Positions 1 to 9,403 of a stretch of DNA of 64,000 bases are shown here, in pieces (position 1 is the stretch's first letter; each line of letters begins with the position of its first letter). Under the pieces are notes generated by a model that saw only the letters and a program-made list of their open reading frames with translations, was not told the DNA's origin and ran no database searches. Position numbers and translations under genes: made by a program. Origin of the DNA: Candidatus Sulfomarinibacteraceae bacterium (GTDB taxonomy: Bacteria; Acidobacteriota; Thermoanaerobaculia; Thermoanaerobaculales; Sulfomarinibacteraceae). Location: positions 896,001 to 960,000 of the forward strand of contig CAWCLO010000001.1 of assembly GCA_963796455.1 (NCBI GenBank), given 5' to 3'.

Positions 1-1104
1 CGAGCGTGGTTGGCCGGAACACCCATGCAGGACATCGTTTTCGCCGGTGTCGGCAAGACCGAGGCCGAGCAGCGTGCAGCGCTTGACGGACGGTGGAGCC
101 CCCTCCTCGACGATGCCGAGCTTCTTGGCGCCCGAGACATCGAATCCCGCGGACCCGTCGGCCTCTTCAACGTGGAGTCGGAAAGCGAGCTCGAGGTCCT
201 CGCCCGGGTCGCGGCCGATCTCGGGACCGTCGCCCGCGCCTGTCTCCGAGTCAACCCCGATGTGGACGCCAGAACCCACGAGTACACGACCACCGGGTTG
301 GAAGAGAACAAGTTCGGTGTCGGGTGGAAGCGCGTACCGGAGATCTTCGGGGCATTCCGAGATGTGGCATCTGTCGACTTGGTCGGATTGCACGTGCACA
401 TCGGCTCGCCGGTGCGAGAAATCGAGCCCTACGAATCGGCTGTCAAGGTCCTCCTGCGCTTGATGGACACCCTCGCAGAGGAAGGCCATGAGATCTCCAT
501 CCTCGATCTGGGCGGCGGTTGGCCGATGAGCTACACGAATGGTGAATCACCGGATATCGAGGTTTTTGCCGAGGCCCTGATCCCCCTGCTCGAGGATCGG
601 ACAAAAAATGGTCTGCAAATCGTCCTCGAACCGGGTCGTTCGATTCTCGCCAATTCCGGGGTATTGCTAACCCGCGTCCAGCACGTCAAAAAAGGCCGCG
701 AAAAGACATTTGTCATCTGCGATGCCGGCATGCACACCCTGATCCGGCCCGCCTTCTACCGCGCCTTCCATTTTGCATGGCCCGCGCAGGTCGAGGCCCG
801 GCACGTGCCTCCGGCGGCCGCCGAAAACATCGATCTCCCGGGGCTCGTCCCGAGCGACATCGTCGGTCCGATCTGCGAGACCGGCGACTTCCTCGCCCGC
901 GGGCGCGACCTTCCTCCGGTGCAACGAGGCGACTTGATCGCCGTGTTCTCGGCCGGCGCCTACGGCATGTCCATGAGCTCGAACTACAACGACCATGGAC
1001 GATCGGCCGAGGTCCTGGTTGACGGCACGAGGGCGGTGGTGATCAACGAACGGCAGAAGCTCAGCACCCTCCTCGAAACGGAGATGGCACCTCGGGAGCT
1101 GTAA
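1..1104 (+). CDS. lysA: Diaminopimelate decarboxylase (5'-truncated by window edge)
   Basis: Motifs FNVES, LRVNP, KFG, LHVHIGS, DLGGG, EPGR, GPICETGD, AGAYG..MSSNYN; frame open from base 1. Confidence 0.93.
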   Translation, partial: RAWLAGTPMQDIVFAGVGKTEAEQRAALDGRWSPLLDDAELLGARDIESRGPVGLFNVESESELEVLARVAADLGTVARACLRVNPDVDARTHEYTTTGLEENKFGVGWKRVPEIFGAFRDVASVDLVGLHVHIGSPVREIEPYESAVKVLLRLMDTLAEEGHEISILDLGGGWPMSYTNGESPDIEVFAEALIPLLEDRTKNGLQIVLEPGRSILANSGVLLTRVQHVKKGREKTFVICDAGMHTLIRPAFYRAFHFAWPAQVEARHVPPAAAENIDLPGLVPSDIVGPICETGDFLARGRDLPPVQRGDLIAVFSAGAYGMSMSSNYNDHGRSAEVLVDGTRAVVINERQKLSTLLETEMAPREL

Positions 1105-1112
1105 GAAGGTTT

Positions 1113-1139
1113 CGAATTCGGAATTCGGAATTCGGAATT
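1113..1139 (+). repeat. Heptamer tandem array (GGAATTC)n, ~4 units
   Basis: cgaattcggaattcggaattcggaatt just after the lysA stop. Confidence 0.9.
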
Positions 1140-1316
1140 TTCCATCGCACGCTGGCTTCCGGCTTCCAAAGCGATGCCGAAGGACCTCGGTTTCATCACC
1201 TTTCCCGGGGAGCGTTGGCGTACACGCGCTTGACGCCGCGCTCCGCTCAGGACAGCCGGGTACGGCCGGATCAACACCCGAAATGTGATGTTGTGAGAGT
1301 GTGACGTTGCGACGTC

Positions 1317-1350
<34 letters not shown>

Positions 1351-1390
1351 CGCGCCGACGGGCGCGCAAGCTCCATGATATCTTCGCGCC

Positions 1391-2587
1391 ATGGACCAAA
1401 AATCACCTTCCGACATCCTTGCGGCCGCACAGGAGATTCTGCCCTGGATGATCGAGATGCGCCGCGATCTTCACCAGCACCCCGAGCTCGGTCTCGAAGA
1501 ACATCGCACCAGCGCCAAGATCCAGGAGCTGCTCGACGAGATGGGGATCGAACACGTCGATGGGCTGGGTGGCACCGGTATTCTCGGTCTCATCCGCGGT
1601 GAGGGTGAAGGCAAAGTCGTGGCGCTGCGGGGGGATATGGACGCCTTACCGATTCAGGACGAAAAGGACGTTCCATACGCCTCGACGATCCCCGGCAAGA
1701 TGCACGCCTGCGGTCACGACGTGCACACCACCGTGCTGCTCGGCGCGGCCAAGCTGCTCGCAAATGAGAAAGCCTCCTTCCCCGGAACCATCAAGCTGCT
1801 CTTTCAGCCGGCTGAGGAAACTGTGGGGGGGGCCAAACTCCTGATCGCGGCCGGGGCCCTCGATGACCCGCGAGTCGATGCGATTTTCGGCCTCCATGTG
1901 GACCCGAATCTCGCGGTCGGCACGGTGGGACTCCACTTCGGACAACGCAACGCATCTTCCGACAACCTCGAAATCATCGTTCATGGAAAGTCGGCCCACG
2001 GGGCCTACCCCTTCGGCGGTGTAGACGCGATCGTGGCCGCGGCTCAGGTCATCACCTCGCTGCAATCAATCATGAGCCGCAACGTGGATGCCCAGGAGGC
2101 CGCTGTGGTCAGCCTGGGAATCATCCGCGGCGGGACCCAGGCGAATATCGTGGCGGACCGCGTGGAGCTGACAGGCACCGTTCGCTGCGCGAACCAGACG
2201 ATTCGCAAACTGGTGTTGCGCCGGATCAAGGAAACGGCCGAAGGCGTGGCACTTGGAATGGGGGCCCGCGCCGAGGTCAATATCGAAGCCAGCTACGACC
2301 CGGTGGTCAACGATGAGTCCATGATCGAAATCGTCCACGCGAACTCGAAGAAACTCCTGGGCGAGGATGGAATCGTCACCTTCAAAAAACCCAATATGGG
2401 GGTCGAGGATTTCGGCTACTACCTGAGTGAGGTTCCGGGTGCGTTCTACTCGGTTGGGGTACGCAACGAGGCCGCGGGCATTGTTCACCCGGTTCACCAG
2501 GGGCTCTTCGACGTCGACGAGAACGCCATGGCGATCGCGGTCACCCTGCAGATCCTCAACGCCATGGCGGTGTTGGCACCATGCTGA
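1391..2587 (+). CDS. M20D family amidohydrolase/peptidase
   Basis: RRDLHQHPEL, LRGDMDALP, MHACGHD, FQPAEE, EDFGYY motifs. Confidence 0.9.
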   Translation: MDQKSPSDILAAAQEILPWMIEMRRDLHQHPELGLEEHRTSAKIQELLDEMGIEHVDGLGGTGILGLIRGEGEGKVVALRGDMDALPIQDEKDVPYASTIPGKMHACGHDVHTTVLLGAAKLLANEKASFPGTIKLLFQPAEETVGGAKLLIAAGALDDPRVDAIFGLHVDPNLAVGTVGLHFGQRNASSDNLEIIVHGKSAHGAYPFGGVDAIVAAAQVITSLQSIMSRNVDAQEAAVVSLGIIRGGTQANIVADRVELTGTVRCANQTIRKLVLRRIKETAEGVALGMGARAEVNIEASYDPVVNDESMIEIVHANSKKLLGEDGIVTFKKPNMGVEDFGYYLSEVPGAFYSVGVRNEAAGIVHPVHQGLFDVDENAMAIAVTLQILNAMAVLAPC

Positions 2588-3810
2588 ACAAGGTCTGGGG
2601 CGCCTTCTTTCTGGTGGCCTTTGTGGTCGGACTCTGGAAATCGGTGTTTTTCGGCGACTACGGAGTGTGGGCGGCCATGGTCGGCGCGGCCTTCGACATG
2701 GCCAAGGTCGGCTTCGAGATCGCCCTCGGGCTCACCGGAATCATGTGTCTGTGGCTGGGCATCATGCGACTCGGTGAGAAGGGCGGCGCCGTCGACCTCA
2801 TGGCTCGCGCCTTCGGTCCGTTGTTGCGGCGGCTTTTTCCGGGTATTCCCGACGGCCATCCGGCCATGGGTTCAATCGTCATGAACATGGCGGCGAATAT
2901 GTTGGGCCTCGACAACGCTGCCACCCCGCTGGGCCTCAAGGCAATGAACGAACTGCAGGAACTCAATCCCGAACCTGAAGAAGCCAGCAACGATCAGATT
3001 CTCTTTCTGGTCCTCAACACCTCCGCCGTGACCGTCATCCCGGTGACGATCTTCGTTTACCGGGCGCAGATGGGGGCGGCCGACCCGACCGACGTCTTCA
3101 TCCCCATGCTCATCGCGACCTTCTGCTCGACGATGGTAGGACTCACGGTCACCGCAACCGTGCAGCGGCTGAAGCTCTGGGACCCGGTGATCATGGCCTA
3201 TCTCGGCGGATTGACGGCACTGGTTGTGGGAATGACCCTGTATTTTTCCCGACTCGACCGCGAAACCATGGAGCTCCAGAGCTCGGTGCTCTCGAACTTC
3301 GTGATCTTTTCGGTCATCGTGAGCTTTGTGTTCTTGGCGGCCCGCCGCAGTCTGCCTCTCTACGACGTGTTTGTCGATGGGGCCAAGGACGGCTTCAAGG
3401 TCGCGGTGAGCATCATTCCCTATCTGGTGGCGATGCTGGTGGCCATCGGGATCGTGCGGGCGAGCGGGGCCCTCGATCTCCTGCTCGATGGGGTTCGGTG
3501 GTCGGTGAGCCTGGTCGGAATGGACACCAGGTGGGTGGACGGCCTTCCCACAGCACTGATGCGGCCCCTGTCCGGAAGCGGAGCGCGCGGGCTCATGCTC
3601 GAGACCATGGAGGCCCACGGCGCCGACTCCTTCGCCGGACGATTGGTCAGCGTGATCCAGGGCAGTACCGAAACCACCTTTTATATCCTCGCTGTTTACT
3701 TCGGATCCGTTGGAATCCGCAGGACCCGGCATGCATTGCCCTGCGGGCTGGTGGCGGACGTCACAGGGGCCATTGCGGCGATTCTCCTTTGTTATGTGTT
3801 CTTTGGCTGA
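2581..3810 (+). CDS. SpmA/SpmB fusion (nucleoside-recognition/Gate domain membrane protein)
   Basis: ANMLGLDNAATPLGLKAM and RPLSGSGA...GSTETTFY motifs; overlaps the upstream gene. Confidence 0.88.
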   Translation: MLNKVWGAFFLVAFVVGLWKSVFFGDYGVWAAMVGAAFDMAKVGFEIALGLTGIMCLWLGIMRLGEKGGAVDLMARAFGPLLRRLFPGIPDGHPAMGSIVMNMAANMLGLDNAATPLGLKAMNELQELNPEPEEASNDQILFLVLNTSAVTVIPVTIFVYRAQMGAADPTDVFIPMLIATFCSTMVGLTVTATVQRLKLWDPVIMAYLGGLTALVVGMTLYFSRLDRETMELQSSVLSNFVIFSVIVSFVFLAARRSLPLYDVFVDGAKDGFKVAVSIIPYLVAMLVAIGIVRASGALDLLLDGVRWSVSLVGMDTRWVDGLPTALMRPLSGSGARGLMLETMEAHGADSFAGRLVSVIQGSTETTFYILAVYFGSVGIRRTRHALPCGLVADVTGAIAAILLCYVFFG

Positions 3811-3968
3811 AACTGTCACGGAAATGTCATGGACAGGCGCCCCGGTTCCGGGTTAATCTCTTCAGACGCCATGGATACGCATAGCTGGATTCCATCGACA
3901 GAGGCGCCCGATCAGACAGCGGAGGACGGCGCCATCTCGATCGGCCGACACTGGTCGGAGTGGTACCG

Positions 3969-4953
3969 GTGATCGAGACGAGGAATCACTCACAGCACCC
4001 CCCGGCGTCCCCCCGGAAGGACAATGAATGGGGCGCTCTGCAGACCGAAGCCTCGAACCCTGACTCAGAAAACCTCGACACGCTCACGACGGAAGAGGTG
4101 GTTTCACTGCTCCTCGAGGAGGACCGTCGCGGGCTCGAGATCGCCCTCCGCAACCGGTTGCACATCGCCCGGGCCGCATCCTGGGTCGCCGAGGCCCTCG
4201 ATGCCGGTGCTTCGGTGGTTTTTGCCGGCGCCGGAACCAGCGGCCGGCTCGGGATTCTGGAAGCCGCCGAGTGCCCCCCGACCTTCGGGACCGACCCACA
4301 GCAAATTCGAGCAGCCATCGCAGGCGGGCCCGAGGCAGTATTTGCGGCCCGCGAAGGCGCCGAAGATATCGCAGAGGATGGTGCCCGAGCTGCCGCCGAA
4401 CTGGGAACCGACGATGTGCTGATCGCCATCTCGGCGAGTTCGGTGACGCCCTTTGCCCTCGGCGCCCTGGAATCGGCGCGGAGCCTCGGTGCGCGGACCA
4501 TCCTGGTCACCTGCGCCCCGCCCGACGGGATCTCGGCGGTCGCCGATCTCGTTCTGGCTCTCGACACGGGCCCCGAGGTGCTCACCGGTTCGACGCGGCT
4601 CAAAGCCGGCTCGGCGACCAAGGCGGTACTCAACGCCATCACCACCGCGGCGATGGTGCGTCTCGGCAAGGTCTACGGCAACTTCATGGTCGATCTGCGC
4701 CCCGGTTCGGCGAAACTCCGGGACCGGGCGCTGCGAATCATCGAGACAGCTGGAGACGTTTCCCGCGAAGAGGCGGAGCGGCTTCACCGATGCCGCCGAT
4801 TCGGAGGTCAAGACGGCGATCGTCATGGCGCTTTGCAGACTCGGAGCCGAGCCATCTCGCGAGCGGTTGCGGGTGGCGGGAGGTCACGTCCGGAGGGCTG
4901 TGGCAGCCGGTTCGGGAGTTGAGGACGGTCGCTCGTCCTCGAGCAACAAATGA
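3969..4953 (+). CDS. murQ: N-acetylmuramic acid 6-phosphate etherase, one apparent frameshift near 4780
   Basis: GAGTSGRLG, ECPPTF, EGAED, GPEVLTGSTRLKAG, GNFMVD; the typical C-terminus (VKTAIVM...GGHVRRA) continues in another frame to 4953; start uncertain (GTG 3960 or 3969). Confidence 0.88.
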
Positions 4954-5061
4954 TCGGATCTTTGTATTTTTTCTGCGTTCCCAACTCGGCTCCGATACGC
5001 GGGGTTTCGAGTCTTCGATTTTTTCATGGTGCGCAATAAAGGTAGGAAACGGGAGGTAGAT

Positions 5062-7951
5062 ATGAAAAGAACGTCAGTCGCGATTCTTGGAATGATGTTG
5101 CTGTGCTCGGTAGCAGGCGCGCAGCAGTTGCAGACGGGTGGCATCGCGGGCACCGTCACCCTGGAGGACGGTTCGCCTCTCCCGGGTGTCTTGGTCTCCG
5201 CCGTCGCCGATGTCATGCCAAAGGCGCGGTCCACAGTGACCGACTCCAACGGCGCGTACCGGTTGCCGGCGATGCCTCCCGGCGACTACAACTGACCTTC
5301 GCCTTGTCGGGATTCGCCACCGAGACAGCGAGAATTCCCGGTCGCTCTGCAGCAGAAGGCGATCATCAATGTCGCCATGAGGGACGCCACCTTCGAGGGC
5401 GAGATCATGGTCACCGCCGAAACTCCGACCATCGACACCACCTCGGCGGAGCTCAAAGGCTCCATCGGCGAGCAAACGATCCAGGCGCTGCCGGTCGGCC
5501 AGCAGTACCGCGATCTGATCAAGCTGATCCCGGGCGTGCAGTACTCCGAGGACACGGTGCGCGGGCCCTCGGCCGGCGGCAACGGCCAGGACAACGTCTA
5601 CGAGTTCGACGGGGTCGGCGTCAATTTGCCGCTCTTCGGCACCCTGGCGACCCAGCCCGCCGCGCAGGACGTCGAGGAGATGGCGGTAGTCAAGGGCGGC
5701 GCCAACGCCGTCGGCTTCAACCGCTCCGGTGGATTCCTGGTCAACACCCTGAGCAAGTCCGGCTCCAACCAGTTCCACGGTGAAGCTCAACTACCAGTTC
5801 CAGACCGCCGGCATGACCGGCTCGGTCACCGACGAGAGCTCGGAAGACGTTCGACGATGACAAGGATTGGCTGGTGGCCAACATCGGTGGTCCCATCGTC
5901 CGGGACAACCTCTTCTTCTTCGCCTCCTACTACCGCCCCACGACCAGTCGGACCAACCGCGAAAACGCCTACGGCAACGCGCCCGACTGCGACGAGGTCC
6001 GCGACGAGTACTTCATCAAGCTGAACTGGGCCCCGACCAACTCCCTGATGTTCAACGGCAGCTACCGCAACTCCCAGATCGATCGAGCAGGGTTTCGGCG
6101 TCGGTCGAGTTTTCGGCGGGCACCACCTCCAGCGGCAATGACAGCGAACTCGAGATCGCAGTCGTCGAGGGAAGCTGGGTGGTATCTGACAACGGCCTCT
6201 TCAACTTCAAGGCCTCCGACTTCAGCAACCCGGGCTCGGGCACCCCGGACAACATCTTGGACCTCCAGATCGGTGAGGGCGTGGCGCTCGACGTCAACAA
6301 CCTCGACCAGCAGGGCCACTTCATCGTGCCGGACTATATCGATGGGGAAGACGCGTTCAACGCCTTTGTCGATCCGCTCATCCAGCAGTACGGCTATCTC
6401 GACAACGGCGTGCGCACGGGCGGCGGTGACGTCGGAGTCGACGATACCTTCGACGCCAACGATTTCTACAGCCAGAGCTTCCAGATCGGCTACGACCACT
6501 ACATCGGCAAGCACGAGCTCCACATCGGCTACCGGTAGGAGAAGGGCGAGGAGGACCTGTACCGCACGTCGAACGGCTGGGGCCTGATCTACGTCACCGG
6601 CGGCATCGATCCCGACTACGGCGAGGATGTCTATTACCGGGGGCAGTTCTGGCAACAGACCCTGAGCGACGAGGTCCCCACCATCCACTCCGAGCTCAAG
6701 ACCCAGAGCATCGAGCTCAACGACCAGATCCGGCTCAAGGACTGGACCATCAATGTCGGCCTCGTGTTCTCGAACGACACCCTCTACGGCCAGGGCCTGA
6801 AGAAGAACTCGAGCAACGTCTCCGGCTTCGAGCTGTGCACCACGTGCATCTACGAGATGAAGGATGTCGGCTGGGGCGAGATGATCTCGCCGCGGCTGGC
6901 GTGCGACCTGGAGCCCGAACGGCAAGGACTCCGCTCTACGCGAGCTATGCCCGCTACTACCCGGCCGCCACCTCGCTGCCGCGCGCGGCATCCTGGGCGC
7001 GCAACCTCGCCCGCGAGATCAACGCCACCTTCGACGCCGACGGCAACTTCATCGAGTTCAGCCCGCTGCGGGCCTCCTCGGGCAAGTTCTTCCAGGAGGG
7101 CATCGACCCGCGCTCCATCGACGAGTTCCTCGTCGGCTACTCCAAGCAGATCTCGAACGAGCTGGACCGGCCGCTTCTACGGCCGCTACCGCAAGGGCCA
7201 GGACTTCTGGGAGGACACCTGGAACTGGGACCGCGTCGAGGGAAACCCGCCCGAGGGGGTTCCGCAGCGAGCCCTACATCCCCGAGCTCAACGATTATCG
7301 TGAGGAGGTCGGCGGCTCCTCCTACGTCATCGCCGCAGCTCGACGGCGCCTTCACCAAGTACTACGAGCTCAGCGCCGAGGCGGAGTACCGCGGCCCGAA
7401 CCTCTTCGTCCGCGGCTCCTACGTGTGGAGCCACTACTACGGCAACTTCGACCAGGACAACACAACCGTCGGCAACGACGCCAATGTCTTCATCGGGTCG
7501 TCGTACCTCGCCGACGGTACGGGCCGCCAGATCTGGCAGAACCGCGTACGGAAACCTGCGTGGCGACCGCCGCCACCAGCTCAAGATCTACGGGTTCTAC
7601 AACTTCAATTGGAACGGCACCCTCGGCGCCTACGCCATCTACCAGTCGGGCCAACCCTGGGAGACCTGGGGCCCGAGCGAGTTTTACAGCGGCAGTTTCT
7701 TCACCAGCCGCTACGCCGAGCCGGCGGGCTCCAACATCACCTCGTCTCACTCCCAGCTCGATCTCAGCTACACCCAGAACTTCCCGATGGGCAACCGCTA
7801 CAACATCCTGCTGCGAGGCGAAATCTTCAACGCCTTGGACAACCAGACCGGCTACAACGTCGAGCCCCGCGTCAATGACGCGGGCTACGGTGACCCGCGG
7901 TCCTGGTTCGATCCCCGCCGCTTTCAGATGACGGTCGCGTTCCAGTTCTAA
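5062..7951 (+). pseudogene. Oar-like TonB-dependent receptor interrupted by about a dozen 1-bp indels and a TAG (6536-6538); probably an intact gene with consensus errors
   Basis: Signal peptide, carboxypeptidase-regulatory-like N-domain, C-terminal ...VAFQF; fragments align collinearly with the intact paralogue at 50536-53451. Confidence 0.85.
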
Positions 7952-7979
7952 GACAAACCGGGTACGTACCCACAACTAC

Positions 7980-8011
7980 AGGAGCCGGGCATCAGCCCGG
8001 CTCCTTTTTTT
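7980..8011 (+). terminator. Intrinsic terminator
   Basis: AGGAGCCGGGC-atca-GCCCGGCTCCT followed by a T run. Confidence 0.9.
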
Positions 8012-8072
8012 GAGGCCTGGGGCTTGAGGCTTGAGGACCAGGCGCTGGTTGCTAGATGCTGGATGCTGGATT
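8011..8072 (+). repeat. Degenerate heptamer arrays (GGCTTGA)n then (GATGCTG)n
   Basis: tgaggcctggggcttgaggcttgagg ... gctagatgctggatgctggat. Confidence 0.7.
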
Positions 8073-8133
8073 CACCCAACCCCAACTCTAGTCGTCGGCG
8101 AGAACCCGTTGAACCCGAGAACCGCAATTCCTT

Positions 8134-8208
8134 TGTAGGCGGGTCCTTCAGGGCCCGCAAACGAAGGGTTCAATGCCGTTCTCGCGCACCCTAAAGGATG
8201 CGCCTACA
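8134..8208. repeat. GTAG-type REP doublet (REPIN-like)
   Basis: GTAG-GCGGGTCCT-tc-AGGGCCCGC and an inverted copy GTAG-GCGCATCCT-tt-AGGGTGCGC. Confidence 0.75.
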
Positions 8209-8245
8209 GAGAGGACCGGCCGGAAATCCCCGTCGAGGGTATTGT

Positions 8246-9403
8246 TCAATCCGAAGCCAAGACTCTGTCGACCCTCGGGCCCAGGGAGGTCCAGATCTCG
8301 TAGGGGATGGTGTCGCAGAGCTCGGACCACTCCCACGCGCCGATGGTGTCGCCCCCGAGCTGCCCTTCCTGCGAACCGAGGAGAACCGTCTCGTCCCCGA
8401 CCCGGATGTTGTCGTCGGCGAGGACCGAGACCAGATCCATGCTCACCCTGCCGATCACCGGAAACGAGTCGCCGCGGATCAGGACCCTGCCTCGATTCCC
8501 CAGAGAGCGCCGGAATCCGTCGGCATAACCGGCGGCCAGAACCGCGACCCGCACCGATCGGTCTCCTTCTACGATCCAGGTGCCGCCATAACCCACGGCA
8601 TCACCGGGGGCCATGGTCCTGACCTCGATGACCCGGGTCGTCCACCTACCGACGGGGGCCAAGCGATTCCCTGCCGGCGTGTCGTGCTGCCATCGTGAAG
8701 GGGCAGCTCCATAGAGCATGACTCCCGGCCGAACGACCGTGGTGCCGTCACCGATTTCGGTGTGGCCCAGGGCACGCTGCAAGAGCGCCCCGCTGTTGCA
8801 CGAGTGGATCGCCGCTGCCCGGACAACATGTTTCGGGAGCCGGGAGAGCATCCTGCGAAAACAACTCTCCTGCCCTGTGGTCGGTGTGAGGTCCTGCTCG
8901 TCGGAGGAGGCGAAGTGAGTCATGATTCCCACGACCCGGAGGTTTTCAGAAGAACCCAGAACCGTCATCATGTCCGGGAGACTCCGCTCCTGGATGCCCA
9001 GCCTCCCCATCCCGGTGTCCAGCTTGAGTTCGATTTCGAACGCTCCGGAGCTTCCAACCCGGTCTGCGAGCAGACGCAGCTCATCAGGGGAGCTGATGGC
9101 GGGGATGAGCCTGGCCTCGCGTACGGCATCGAAAAAATCCGCGTTCTCCCACTCCTTTGTTCCGCTCGCCAGGTAGATCGGAAAATCGCAATTGAGCCAT
9201 GACCGCAGGCGGAGCCCCTCCTCGAGGGTGGCAACCCCCAGTTCGTCCGAATGTTCCACAAACACGTCGATCAACTCGTGCAACCCATGGCCGTACGCGT
9301 TCGCCTTGACCATCGCCCTGACCCGCGCACCGGCGGGCGCCCATTCGCGGGCAAGCCTGAGGTTGTTCGACAACGCATCGGGATCGAGAATGAGTTGACT
9401 CAG
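8246..9403 (-). CDS. alr: Alanine racemase (likely start at CTG 9403; first canonical start is TTG 9373)
   Basis: MVKANAYGHG, KLDTGMGRLG, MTHFA, VRPG..LYG, GYADG, GRVSMD, TIPYE. Confidence 0.93.
   Translation of the reverse strand: MSQLILDPDALSNNLRLAREWAPAGARVRAMVKANAYGHGLHELIDVFVEHSDELGVATLEEGLRLRSWLNCDFPIYLASGTKEWENADFFDAVREARLIPAISSPDELRLLADRVGSSGAFEIELKLDTGMGRLGIQERSLPDMMTVLGSSENLRVVGIMTHFASSDEQDLTPTTGQESCFRRMLSRLPKHVVRAAAIHSCNSGALLQRALGHTEIGDGTTVVRPGVMLYGAAPSRWQHDTPAGNRLAPVGRWTTRVIEVRTMAPGDAVGYGGTWIVEGDRSVRVAVLAAGYADGFRRSLGNRGRVLIRGDSFPVIGRVSMDLVSVLADDNIRVGDETVLLGSQEGQLGGDTIGAWEWSELCDTIPYEIWTSLGPRVDRVLASD

Noticed and set aside
1140..1316. Structured ncRNA or lysine riboswitch between the inverted heptamer arrays
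   Set aside because: It lies downstream of lysA and shows no recognisable aptamer; only weak fragments (GAAGGACCT, CGCTCAGGA) resembling a decayed palindromic repeat.
6536..6538. In-frame TAG as pyrrolysine or stop-codon recoding
   Set aside because: It aligns to TGG (Trp) in the paralogue, lies within an error-rich patch, and TAG ends several normal genes in this window.
5280..7560. Programmed frameshifting or phase variation in the first TonB receptor
   Set aside because: Too many shifts, mostly outside slippery or homopolymer tracts; sequencing error is far simpler.
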